Below, in pieces: positions 26,682 to 35,061 of a stretch of DNA of 38,328 bases. Made by a program: the position numbers and the translations under genes. The stretch covers positions 1 through 38,328 of the forward strand of contig JANQHR010000044.1 of assembly GCA_028282585.1 (NCBI GenBank), read 5' to 3'. The stretch's first letter is position 1. Each line of letters begins with the position of its first letter. Source of the stretch: Bacteroidales bacterium. GTDB taxonomy: Bacteria; Bacteroidota; Bacteroidia; Bacteroidales; UBA12077. Below the pieces are notes generated by a model, which was not told the origin of the DNA, ran no database searches, and was given only the letters and a program-made list of their open reading frames with translations.

Positions 26682-27071
26682 TTAGTTTTTTCTTTTAAGT
26701 TGATCTATTAACCTTCTTTCCCTTTTTGTCGGTCGTCCTATACCCCTATCCCGTATCTCAAACCCGGTAAATCGCTTAATTTCTAATTTTACTTTTTCTT
26801 CTTCCGGTGTAATATCCTCAACATAATCAACAACTACTTTTGCAGATTGTCTATTTCCCAACAATCCAAGTACTCTATATTGATATATTACCGGAGGACT
26901 TTTAACAAACACAATCTCTCCTTTTTTTATAATCCTTGAAGGTTTAACAGCGATTTCTTCTATTAATATCTTTCCTTTTTTGCAAGCATCGGCCGCCTGG
27001 CTTCTGGTTTTAAAGATGCGGACAGCCCATAGCCATTTATCAATTCGTAAATTTTCTTCTTCGCGAATCAT
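26682..27071 (-). CDS. hslR: Ribosome-associated heat shock protein Hsp15 (S4 RNA-binding domain)
   Basis: RIDKWLWAVRIFKTRSQA, GRPTKRERR. Confidence 0.9.
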   Translation of the reverse strand: MIREEENLRIDKWLWAVRIFKTRSQAADACKKGKILIEEIAVKPSRIIKKGEIVFVKSPPVIYQYRVLGLLGNRQSAKVVVDYVEDITPEEEKVKLEIKRFTGFEIRDRGIGRPTKRERRLIDQLKRKN

Positions 27072-27094
27072 ATCTTCTAAATCTAAATTAATAA

Positions 27095-27102
27095 CAAAAT
27101 TA
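27095..27102 (-). promoter_or_regulatory. -7 box for hslR-DUF4924-cupin
   Basis: Minus strand TAATTTTG, 23 nt upstream of the hslR ATG. Confidence 0.5.
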
Positions 27103-27134
27103 GGAATTAAAAAGAAGTAAAAAAACAGGTTGTT

Positions 27135-27698
27135 CTACCGATTATTAAACTCACTCATCGTATTTGCAATACCTATGGTACCAAAACTTTTTATTGCTTC
27201 AATAGCTAAATCAATCCTTGGAGGTAATTGTTCTTTTTCTTCATCAGTCCAGGGACTAAGTACATAGTGTGCTTGAGCGCCTTTTGGATAATCATCCCCA
27301 ATACCAAAGCGCAATCGGGCATAATTTTGATGTCCCATTGTAAAATTAATATCTTTCAATCCGTTGTGTCCCGCATCGGAACCTTTAGCACGAACCCTAA
27401 TAGCCCCAAAAGGTAAAGCTACATCATCAACAATTACCAGTAATTTATCAACACTCAGTTTTTCTTTTTGTAACCAAAAATTTACTGCTTTTCCACTTAA
27501 GTTCATAAAAGTGGTTGGCTTAATAAGAACAAACGTACGCCCCTTGAATTTATATTCAGCGCGAAATGCTAAACGTCTATCCTGAAAAGTAATATTGGAT
27601 GCATCAGCCAATGCATCCAATATTTTAAATCCAATATTATGTCGAGTATTTACATACTCGTTACCCATATTTCCTAAACCGACAATAAGGTATTTCAT
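27135..27698 (-). CDS. pth: Peptidyl-tRNA hydrolase
   Basis: LIVGLGN, TRHNIGF, KPTTFMNLSG, AGHNGL. Confidence 0.96.
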   Translation of the reverse strand: MKYLIVGLGNMGNEYVNTRHNIGFKILDALADASNITFQDRRLAFRAEYKFKGRTFVLIKPTTFMNLSGKAVNFWLQKEKLSVDKLLVIVDDVALPFGAIRVRAKGSDAGHNGLKDINFTMGHQNYARLRFGIGDDYPKGAQAHYVLSPWTDEEKEQLPPRIDLAIEAIKSFGTIGIANTMSEFNNR

Positions 27699-27715
27699 CA
27701 GTTTAATTTAGTTCA

Positions 27716-28363
27716 CTATTCTGCAGCTTCTTCTTTTGGTGCTTCTCCTCCTTCAGCAGGCGCTTCTCCTTCAGCTCCTTCTTCGCCTTCTTCACCTTCT
27801 TCTTCAGCAGCAAGAACAGCAGCACGTGCAGTTTTAATAAGAACCACAACAGCATTTGCAGGTTCCATAAATTCTATGCCATCAAAAGTAAGGTTTGCAA
27901 TTTTAATAGATTTACCAATAGCTAAATCAGTAATATCTATTGTAATTTCATCAGGCAACTGGCTAGCAAGTCCTTTTACCTTTACTTTTCGCATTTTTTG
28001 TACTAATCTACCACCATTTAGTACACCAATTGCATTACCGGTAAGTACAACAGGCATTCTCATCCATACAGGTTCTTTTTCATGTACCTGATAAAAGTCG
28101 GCGTGAATAATTTTATCAGATACAGGGTGAAACTGAATATCTCTTAATACTGCATCAAATGCTTTTCCATCAATGTCTAATTTCACAAGGTATGCATTTG
28201 GCGTATAAACAACTTCCTTAAACGAATTCTCATGAGTATGAAAATGAACATTCTCACCATTCCCATATAACACGCAAGGAATTTGATCTTGCTTTCTTAA
28301 ATTTTTCGAATTCGTTTTTCCGACAGATTCTCTTAAACTTCCTTTTACTTCAACAGTTTTCAT
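27716..28363 (-). CDS. rplY: 50S ribosomal protein bL25 / general stress protein Ctc
   Basis: LR..DQIPCVLYG, QFHPV...IIHADF, Ctc C-terminal domain and acidic tail; prs-rplY-pth order. Confidence 0.95.
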   Translation of the reverse strand: MKTVEVKGSLRESVGKTNSKNLRKQDQIPCVLYGNGENVHFHTHENSFKEVVYTPNAYLVKLDIDGKAFDAVLRDIQFHPVSDKIIHADFYQVHEKEPVWMRMPVVLTGNAIGVLNGGRLVQKMRKVKVKGLASQLPDEITIDITDLAIGKSIKIANLTFDGIEFMEPANAVVVLIKTARAAVLAAEEEGEEGEEGAEGEAPAEGGEAPKEEAAE

Positions 28364-28378
28364 TTCTTAATTATTTTT

Positions 28379-28431
28379 GTGCTACTCAGAACAATACTAA
28401 AAACCCTTAAGCTTCTCATTCCCCATCACAC
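28379..28431 (-). ncRNA. Candidate cis-regulatory rplY leader hairpin containing a 5S rRNA loop E mimic
   Basis: mRNA GUGU-GAUGG-GGAAUGA...UUGUUCU-GAGUA-GCAC folds with GAUGG opposite GAGUA between two helices and ends 15 nt before the ATG. Confidence 0.65.
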
Positions 28432-28464
28432 TTTTATACAATATGCTTTTTTAAATTGGGAGTG

Positions 28465-28472
28465 CAAATATA
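28465..28472 (-). promoter_or_regulatory. -7 box for rplY-pth
   Basis: Minus strand TATATTTG just after the prs stop, predicting a leader of roughly 95 nt. Confidence 0.65.
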
Positions 28473-28477
28473 TACTT

Positions 28478-29416
28478 TTATACTATAAAATTCGAACTTA
28501 TCGATTGATAATTATATACTTTCTTTATAACATCGGCAAAAATATCCGCTACGGATAGTACTTTTATTTTATCTGAAATAGGTTTGATCGGCAATGAATC
28601 GGATACAACAACCTCTGTAATTTTTGAATCGTTAATTCTTTCATAAGCAGGACCTGACAAAACAGCATGCGTTGCAATAGCTCTAACACTTTTTGCTCCT
28701 TTATCCATCATTAAATCGGCAGCTTTAGTGATTGTTCCTGCTGTATCTATCATATCATCTAAAATGATAATATTCTTATTAATAACATCTCCAATCACTG
28801 TTAATTCATCAATTACATTTGCTCTTTTTCTAGATTTATGACAAATCACCATTGGTGTTTCTAAAAATTTCGAATATGCATTGGCTCTTTTGGTTCCTCC
28901 CATATCGGGAGCTGCAATTACCAAATTATCAAGATTTAAGCTTTTAATATAAGGAACAAAGATTGATGATGCATACAAATGATCAACAGGAACATCGAAA
29001 AATCCTTGAATCTGGTCAGCATGTAAATCAAGTGTCATAACACGGTCAACTCCAGCCGCAGTTAATAAATTTGCTACCAATTTTGCTCCTATTGAAACAC
29101 GCGGCTTATCTTTTCTGTCTTGACGCGCAAAACCAAAATATGGCATTACTGCAACTACCTTGTAAGCTGAAGCTCTTTTTGCTGCATCGATCATTAACAA
29201 CAGTTCCATTAAGTTATCTGAAGGAGGAAATGTAGATTGAATTATAAATACATATGATCCACGGACTGTTTCTTCATAAGAACACTGGAACTCTCCATCA
29301 CTAAATTCTATAAAAGCAGTACTACCTAATTCAACACCATATTCTTTTGCAATTTTTTCTGCAATATAACGTGATTTTGTTCCTGAAAACAGTTTAATTG
29401 GAGGTTGAAGACTCAT
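28478..29416 (-). CDS. prs: Ribose-phosphate pyrophosphokinase
   Basis: FSDGE, PYFGFARQDRK, DLHADQIQGFF, APDMGG, DDMIDTAGT. Confidence 0.97.
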   Translation of the reverse strand: MSLQPPIKLFSGTKSRYIAEKIAKEYGVELGSTAFIEFSDGEFQCSYEETVRGSYVFIIQSTFPPSDNLMELLLMIDAAKRASAYKVVAVMPYFGFARQDRKDKPRVSIGAKLVANLLTAAGVDRVMTLDLHADQIQGFFDVPVDHLYASSIFVPYIKSLNLDNLVIAAPDMGGTKRANAYSKFLETPMVICHKSRKRANVIDELTVIGDVINKNIIILDDMIDTAGTITKAADLMMDKGAKSVRAIATHAVLSGPAYERINDSKITEVVVSDSLPIKPISDKIKVLSVADIFADVIKKVYNYQSISSNFIV

Positions 29417-29460
29417 TGTTTCTAATTTTCGGTAAAATTAAACTTTCGATTTTGGAGTTG

Positions 29461-29468
29461 CAAAGTTA
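29461..29468 (-). promoter_or_regulatory. -7 box for prs
   Basis: Minus strand TAACTTTG, 44 nt upstream of the ATG. Confidence 0.55.
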
Positions 29469-29520
29469 AAAATATCATTCTATTTTCCGCTGTATTTCAA
29501 CAGAAAATTATTCTTTAGAA

Positions 29521-30123
29521 TTAAATTTTTGCGGTCCGATTCAATTGATCAATGCAATTAAGAATTTCATTTCTCCCCATCTTTTTTTCTGACGAACTTA
29601 TAAAAATTTCAGGTAATGTTTCCCACTCTTTTAACATCTCTTTTTTATAGTTTTTTAGATTTTTATTTAGCGATGAACTTGATAGTTTATCAGCTTTTGT
29701 AAAAATCATACAGAATGGTACTTCATTTTCACCTAACCAACGCATAAATCCCAAATCACTTTTTTGAGGATCATGCCTTGAATCAATCAATACAAATACA
29801 CAAATCAGATTTTCTCTGTTTAAGATGTATTCATTAATCAATTTAGAAAAATCCTTTCGAACAGATTTGGCCACTTTAGCAAAACCATATCCCGGTAAAT
29901 CAACCAAATACCAATTATCATTAATGTTAAACTGATTTATTAACTGAGTTTTTCCTGGGCTTTGTGAGGTTTTAGCTAACTTTTTTCGTTCTAACAACAT
30001 ATTTATTAAAGAGGACTTACCAACATTCGATCTTCCAACAAATGCATATTCAGGAACTTTAGATTTTGGGCAATCTTTATATGTAGTAAAGCTCGAAACA
30101 AATTCTGCTGATCTGATTTCCAT
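29521..30123 (-). CDS. engB: Ribosome biogenesis GTPase EngB/YihA/YsxC
   Basis: [24 protein letters not shown]; likely start is ATG 30123 (MEIRSAEF). Confidence 0.95.
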   Translation of the reverse strand: MEIRSAEFVSSFTTYKDCPKSKVPEYAFVGRSNVGKSSLINMLLERKKLAKTSQSPGKTQLINQFNINDNWYLVDLPGYGFAKVAKSVRKDFSKLINEYILNRENLICVFVLIDSRHDPQKSDLGFMRWLGENEVPFCMIFTKADKLSSSSLNKNLKNYKKEMLKEWETLPEIFISSSEKKMGRNEILNCIDQLNRTAKI

Positions 30124-30247
30124 GTTATCAAATTTAAATGGCAAAGTTCTAAATTAAATATAGAAAGTACAAATTGTTTAAATGGTCCATTGGTAAATTA
30201 GAAACCTAAAAGAGGACCTTGAACTGGAAACAAGGAAGTTGAAACTA

Positions 30248-30874
30248 TCAATCGATAAACACAGATAACATAGCTGCAATTCCAAAAACCATAATGACAA
30301 CTCCTGCAATTTTATTTATCCACCAAAGTTGTTTTAATCTAAACCGCTTTCTGAATAAATCGATAAAAAACGTAAGTACAGCCCACCAACTCATGGCTCC
30401 GGCAAATACTCCAGCAATTATTAATGATGATTTTAATGAACTATCCCTTGACGTTACCATTCCAATACCTGCAAAAGCTGCTACAAAAAGAAATACTGCC
30501 AACGGATTTGATAGTGTTAAAAATAAAACTGATAAATAATCCTCGATTAATTTATTCTTTTTTCTTCTATGTCTGCGAATTTGCTTTACAGGATTGGTGG
30601 TAAATATTTTTATTCCTAAAAAGATTAAAACTCCCCCTCCAATTAACTGAATAAAGAAATGTTGTTCTTCAATAAAATTGATAATATAAGTTAATCCAAG
30701 CGCTGCAACCAATGCAAAAAATGAATCGACTGTTGCCGCTCCCATCCCGGATACAATACCTGAAAAACGACCTTTGTTAATTGTTCTTTGTATACACAAA
30801 ACACCAACTGGTCCAAGTGGTATTGAAGCAAGAAAACCAACGATAAGTCCTTTTATGAAAAATCCTAATTCCAC
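30248..30874 (-). CDS. LysE family translocator
   Basis: GTG start; PLGPVG..C, G..SG.GAA..D, LTLSNP; about six hydrophobic segments. Confidence 0.85.
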   Translation of the reverse strand: MELGFFIKGLIVGFLASIPLGPVGVLCIQRTINKGRFSGIVSGMGAATVDSFFALVAALGLTYIINFIEEQHFFIQLIGGGVLIFLGIKIFTTNPVKQIRRHRRKKNKLIEDYLSVLFLTLSNPLAVFLFVAAFAGIGMVTSRDSSLKSSLIIAGVFAGAMSWWAVLTFFIDLFRKRFRLKQLWWINKIAGVVIMVFGIAAMLSVFID

Positions 30875-30889
30875 CTAATATATACCATG

Positions 30890-32311
30890 TTAATAATCCG
30901 CATTCTTTACTAATAACTTTGGCTCCAGCATTTCAAAGATGGAATATTTAATACCTTCTCTTCCAAAACCTGAGTTTTTTACTCCACCATAAGGCATGTG
31001 GTCTACTCTAAAAGTCGGAACATCATTCACAATAACACCTCCTACCTCTAGTTCATTATATGCCTGATTCATTTCATTAATCTTATTTGTAAATACTCCT
31101 GCTTGCAAACCATATTCCGAATCATTAACACTTTTAACTGCTTCATCAAAATCACTGAATTTTTCTATAATTACAACAGGTCCAAAAACCTCCAACGCAC
31201 ATACCTTCATCTCTCTTTTTGTATTTGTGATAATAGTAGGCTCAAAGTAGGTTCCTTTTCTATTACCTCCAAATAAAATTTTAGCTCCATCCTTTTCAGC
31301 ATCCTTTACCCATTCTTCGACCCGAATAGCATTTTGTTCATCAATCATCACAGAAACATCGGTTGACAGCTCATCAGGAGCACCAAATTTTAATTGTTTT
31401 GTACCTTCAGTAAATTGGTAAATAAAATTATCAAATACCGTTTCATGAACATAAATCCTTTGTACATGAATACAAACTTGTCCGGAATATGCGAAACCAC
31501 CAACTATACATTTTTTAACTACAAATTCTATATCAGAATCATCAGAAACAATAACTCCAGCATTACCTCCCAATTCCAGAGCAACTTTTTTTCTTCCTGC
31601 ATTTGTTTTCATTTTCCAACCAACAGATGGTGATCCGGTAAACGAAAGCATATTAATTCTATTATCTGTTACCAGTTGATTTCCAGCCTCTCGATCCATT
31701 GTTAAAACAGAGAATGCTCCTTTGGGCAGTTCCGTTTCATCAATTATTTTGGCTAATTCTAAAACAGATAAAGGTGTTGATCGCGCAGGTTTTAATATGA
31801 TCGGATTTCCGGAAGCTATTGCCGGAGCAATTTTATGAACTGCCAAATTTAAAGGAAAATTGAAAGGTGCAATTCCAGCAATTACTCCAACTGGAAAATA
31901 TTTTACCAACCCTTCCTTTCCATGACCTGCTGGAGTCCAATCAATCGAAAAATATTCTTTTGGTAATCTTTTTGATTCTTCAGCTGCAACCTTAAAAACC
32001 TGGATAGCTCTGTCAATTTCCCCTAACGCGTATTTCAATGGTTTTCCAGCCTCTTTTGCAAGTACTAAAGCTAGTTCTGATTTTTTATCCGCAATTCTAT
32101 CGGCTATACTCAATAATATTTCGAACTTTTTATAAGAAGGTAAATCACGCATTTCATTTTTAACACTTTCTGCTTTATCAATAGCTAAATCAAGCTCTTT
32201 ACTTCCCGCCAAAAAAGTTTCTCCTACAATTGAATCGTCATATGGATTTGAAACCGTTAGTTTTTGATCTGTTTTAACAAAATCCCCTGCTATATATAAT
32301 TTGTATTCCAT
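30890..32311 (-). CDS. Aldehyde dehydrogenase family protein (GapN/y4uC-like)
   Basis: PFNFP, FTGS, LELGGN (catalytic Glu), SGQVC (catalytic Cys), EVFGP, PYGGVKNSG. Substrate cannot be determined from sequence. Confidence 0.9.
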   Translation of the reverse strand: MEYKLYIAGDFVKTDQKLTVSNPYDDSIVGETFLAGSKELDLAIDKAESVKNEMRDLPSYKKFEILLSIADRIADKKSELALVLAKEAGKPLKYALGEIDRAIQVFKVAAEESKRLPKEYFSIDWTPAGHGKEGLVKYFPVGVIAGIAPFNFPLNLAVHKIAPAIASGNPIILKPARSTPLSVLELAKIIDETELPKGAFSVLTMDREAGNQLVTDNRINMLSFTGSPSVGWKMKTNAGRKKVALELGGNAGVIVSDDSDIEFVVKKCIVGGFAYSGQVCIHVQRIYVHETVFDNFIYQFTEGTKQLKFGAPDELSTDVSVMIDEQNAIRVEEWVKDAEKDGAKILFGGNRKGTYFEPTIITNTKREMKVCALEVFGPVVIIEKFSDFDEAVKSVNDSEYGLQAGVFTNKINEMNQAYNELEVGGVIVNDVPTFRVDHMPYGGVKNSGFGREGIKYSIFEMLEPKLLVKNADY

Positions 32312-32335
32312 TGTGCTTAATTTTCAAAATATCGG

Positions 32336-32343
32336 CAAAATTA
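32336..32343 (-). promoter_or_regulatory. -7 box for ALDH-lysE
   Basis: Minus strand TAATTTTG, 24 nt upstream of the ATG. Confidence 0.55.
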
Positions 32344-32456
32344 GTTTTTTATACTAAAGTTTCCTACCTAAATAAAATTTGTATTTACACAAAGATAAAC
32401 AAGACTTAAAACGAATTGTTATAATATACCTATCTTTACCGTTTCAAATTTAAAAG

Positions 32457-33353
32457 ATGTCTAAAATAAATTTAAACAACAAAACGTGGCAATGGATCAC
32501 GCTGATATTTCTTTCGTTTATTTGGGGAAGTAGTTTTATCTTAATGAAAAAAGGATTAAGATCATACAGTCACGACCAAGTGGCAGCATTTAGGATATTT
32601 ATATCATTTTTAGCTTTCTTACCTTTTAGTATTAAATATTTTAAGAAATTAACACGAGAAAATTTCTTAGCTTTATTTGTTGTTGGATTTATTGGTTCTA
32701 CGATACCTGCATTCTTATTTACAAAAGCACAGACTAATATTGACAGTGCACTTGCCGGAGTATTAAATTCTATAACACCTTTGTTTACATTGATCATAGG
32801 ATTATTGTTTTATAAAAGTTCGGCACGGCTGGTAAATGCTGTTGGAATTTTCCTTGGTTTAATCGGTGCGTTAGGATTAATCATTTACACAACAAACGGA
32901 ACACAAATTCTAGGCAATGTAAATTATTACGGTTTTTTTATAATAATTGCCACTATATGTTATGGAGTTAATGTAAATCATGTTAAATACATCATAAGAG
33001 ATTTAAATGGCCTTGAACTAACTTCGTTAGCTTTTATGCTTGTTGGCCCACTTGCAGGAGTTTACCTTTTATTTACTGATTTTTCTAAAACTTTAGCTTC
33101 TGAAGGATATTTATTGGATCTATTTTATATTGCTATTTTAGCAGTAATAGGAACCGTTTTAGCTTTAGTAATTTTCAATACATTAATTCAATACACATCT
33201 GCATTATTTGGGGCATCAGTTACATATATAATTCCAATTTTTGCAATCATGTGGGGATTATTCGATGGAGAAAAGTTATCAATTCTTCAATTTGTTTTTA
33301 TGGGATTAATATTTACCGGTGTATATTTGGTAAATAAGCGGAAGCTAAAATGA
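32457..33353 (+). CDS. EamA / DMT family transporter
   Basis: IWGSSF, about 10 TM segments, two EamA repeats (NSITPLFT; VTYIIPIFA..WG..DGE). Confidence 0.88.
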   Translation: MSKINLNNKTWQWITLIFLSFIWGSSFILMKKGLRSYSHDQVAAFRIFISFLAFLPFSIKYFKKLTRENFLALFVVGFIGSTIPAFLFTKAQTNIDSALAGVLNSITPLFTLIIGLLFYKSSARLVNAVGIFLGLIGALGLIIYTTNGTQILGNVNYYGFFIIIATICYGVNVNHVKYIIRDLNGLELTSLAFMLVGPLAGVYLLFTDFSKTLASEGYLLDLFYIAILAVIGTVLALVIFNTLIQYTSALFGASVTYIIPIFAIMWGLFDGEKLSILQFVFMGLIFTGVYLVNKRKLK

Positions 33354-34948
33354 CAAAAAACATCAAATTAGTATTTTCTTTTTTTACTGGTATTTTACTA
33401 GCACTCCCTTGGTATCAACAATTCTCAGGTTTAATAATTTTAGTTGCTTTCATTCCTTTGCTCTTTGTTGAAGATTTTTTTTATCAACATAAAAAGGTTT
33501 TCAAACCTTCAGATTTATTTGCTTATGCTATATTGACTTTCATAACCTGGAACATACTTACAACTTTTTGGATTAAAAACTCTGATATTTTTGCTGCTGC
33601 TGCCGTTATATTACTAAATACTTTTTTTATGTCTTTAACCTTTCTATTTTTTCACATAACAAAAAGAAAGTTTGGGTATAAAGTAGGTAATTTTTCATTA
33701 ATAGTCTATTGGATAAGCTTTGAGTATTTATTCCTGCACGCACACCTAACCTGGCCATGGTTAAATCTGGGGAATTCTTTTGCAAACAACATATCACTTA
33801 TCCAGTGGTATGAATACACCGGTGTTTTAGGTGGGACTTTATGGATATTACTTATAAACTTGTTACTCTTTAAAATCTTGAGGCTCTTTAAAAAAAAGAA
33901 AAAAAATAAAATTCAGATATTAAATATTACATTTTTTGTATTGTTATTAATAATTCCAATTTTAACCTCAAAAAAAATTTTCAAGTATTATAAAGAAACA
34001 GGTAAAGAAATAAAAGTCGCCTTAATTCAGCCAAATTTTGATCCTTATAATGAAAAATACCATATTCCTCAAAACGATCAATTATCAACAATATTAAATT
34101 TATCGGATAGCTTAGTTAGTAAAGATATAAACTATATAATTGCACCTGAAACTGCAATTAGCGATCCAATTTGGGAACACAATTTGAAATCTGATTCTTC
34201 AATAATAAGAATCAAAGACTTTGTTAAAGAACACCTTATGCTAAATTATATAATTGGAGCAAGTACTTATAAAAAACTGGATGATAACAAAAAAATGCCT
34301 GTTACAGCCAAATATGATGCAAAAGAAGGCTATTATCATAATGCCTACAATTCAGCTTTACAAATTGACACCTCTAATTATATTCCAATTTATTATAAAT
34401 CAAAATTAGTTTCAGGAGTTGAAACTATGCCATTTCTTTATCTTTTAAGGTTTTTGGAGAATTTTATTCTCGATTTTGGAGGTGTAACAGGAAGCCTGGG
34501 GACTCAAAAAGAAAGAGAAGTTTTTTTCAATCCTAATTTGAATATTTCTATCGCTCCTGTAATATGCTATGAATCAGCATTTGGAGAACACGTAAGTGAC
34601 TATATGAAAAAAGGAGCTAATTTCATTTTTATTCTAACAAATGATGGATGGTGGGGAGATACGCCTGTTTATAAACAACATCTTAATTATGCAAGACTAA
34701 GAGCTATAGAAACACGTCGAAGCATAGCAAGATCTGCTAATACGGGAATATCAGCATTTATAAACCAGAAAGGAGAAATTATTCTTTCTACCAAATGGTG
34801 GACTAAAGATGCTATAAAATCCTCTATTAGAGCCAATAATGATCTAACGTTTTACGCTAAGCATGGAGATTACATCGGAAGGTTAGCTGGTTTTCTTGCT
34901 GTTTTTATCTTTTTATATGCATTTGTAAGGCAATTGACACGAAAATAA
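33350..34948 (+). CDS. lnt: Apolipoprotein N-acyltransferase
   Basis: N-terminal TM region with WPWLNLG; nitrilase-fold triad PETA (E), YYKSKLV (K), ICYES (C); TNDGWWG, RAIETRR, ANTGIS. ATGA overlap with the EamA gene. Confidence 0.88.
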   Translation: MTKNIKLVFSFFTGILLALPWYQQFSGLIILVAFIPLLFVEDFFYQHKKVFKPSDLFAYAILTFITWNILTTFWIKNSDIFAAAAVILLNTFFMSLTFLFFHITKRKFGYKVGNFSLIVYWISFEYLFLHAHLTWPWLNLGNSFANNISLIQWYEYTGVLGGTLWILLINLLLFKILRLFKKKKKNKIQILNITFFVLLLIIPILTSKKIFKYYKETGKEIKVALIQPNFDPYNEKYHIPQNDQLSTILNLSDSLVSKDINYIIAPETAISDPIWEHNLKSDSSIIRIKDFVKEHLMLNYIIGASTYKKLDDNKKMPVTAKYDAKEGYYHNAYNSALQIDTSNYIPIYYKSKLVSGVETMPFLYLLRFLENFILDFGGVTGSLGTQKEREVFFNPNLNISIAPVICYESAFGEHVSDYMKKGANFIFILTNDGWWGDTPVYKQHLNYARLRAIETRRSIARSANTGISAFINQKGEIILSTKWWTKDAIKSSIRANNDLTFYAKHGDYIGRLAGFLAVFIFLYAFVRQLTRK

Positions 34949-34955
34949 TTAATTT

Positions 34956-34989
34956 AATGAAAAAATTGACTTTTGTTAATTTTTTCATT
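34956..34989. repeat. 15-bp inverted repeat between lnt and the TonB-dependent receptor gene
   Basis: AATGAAAAAATTGAC-tttt-GTTAATTTTTTCATT, with one G-T pair. Confidence 0.75.
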
Positions 34990-35061
34990 CTATTGTGGCA
35001 TTAATATTGTAAACAGAAAAGCGATTTTTAATAATTACGCTAACAATATTACTTATACTAA

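Noticed and set aside
27716-27810. CTTCTTC-like repeats at the rplY 3' end
   Set aside because: They encode the ordinary acidic Glu/Gly/Ala tail of Ctc-type bL25.
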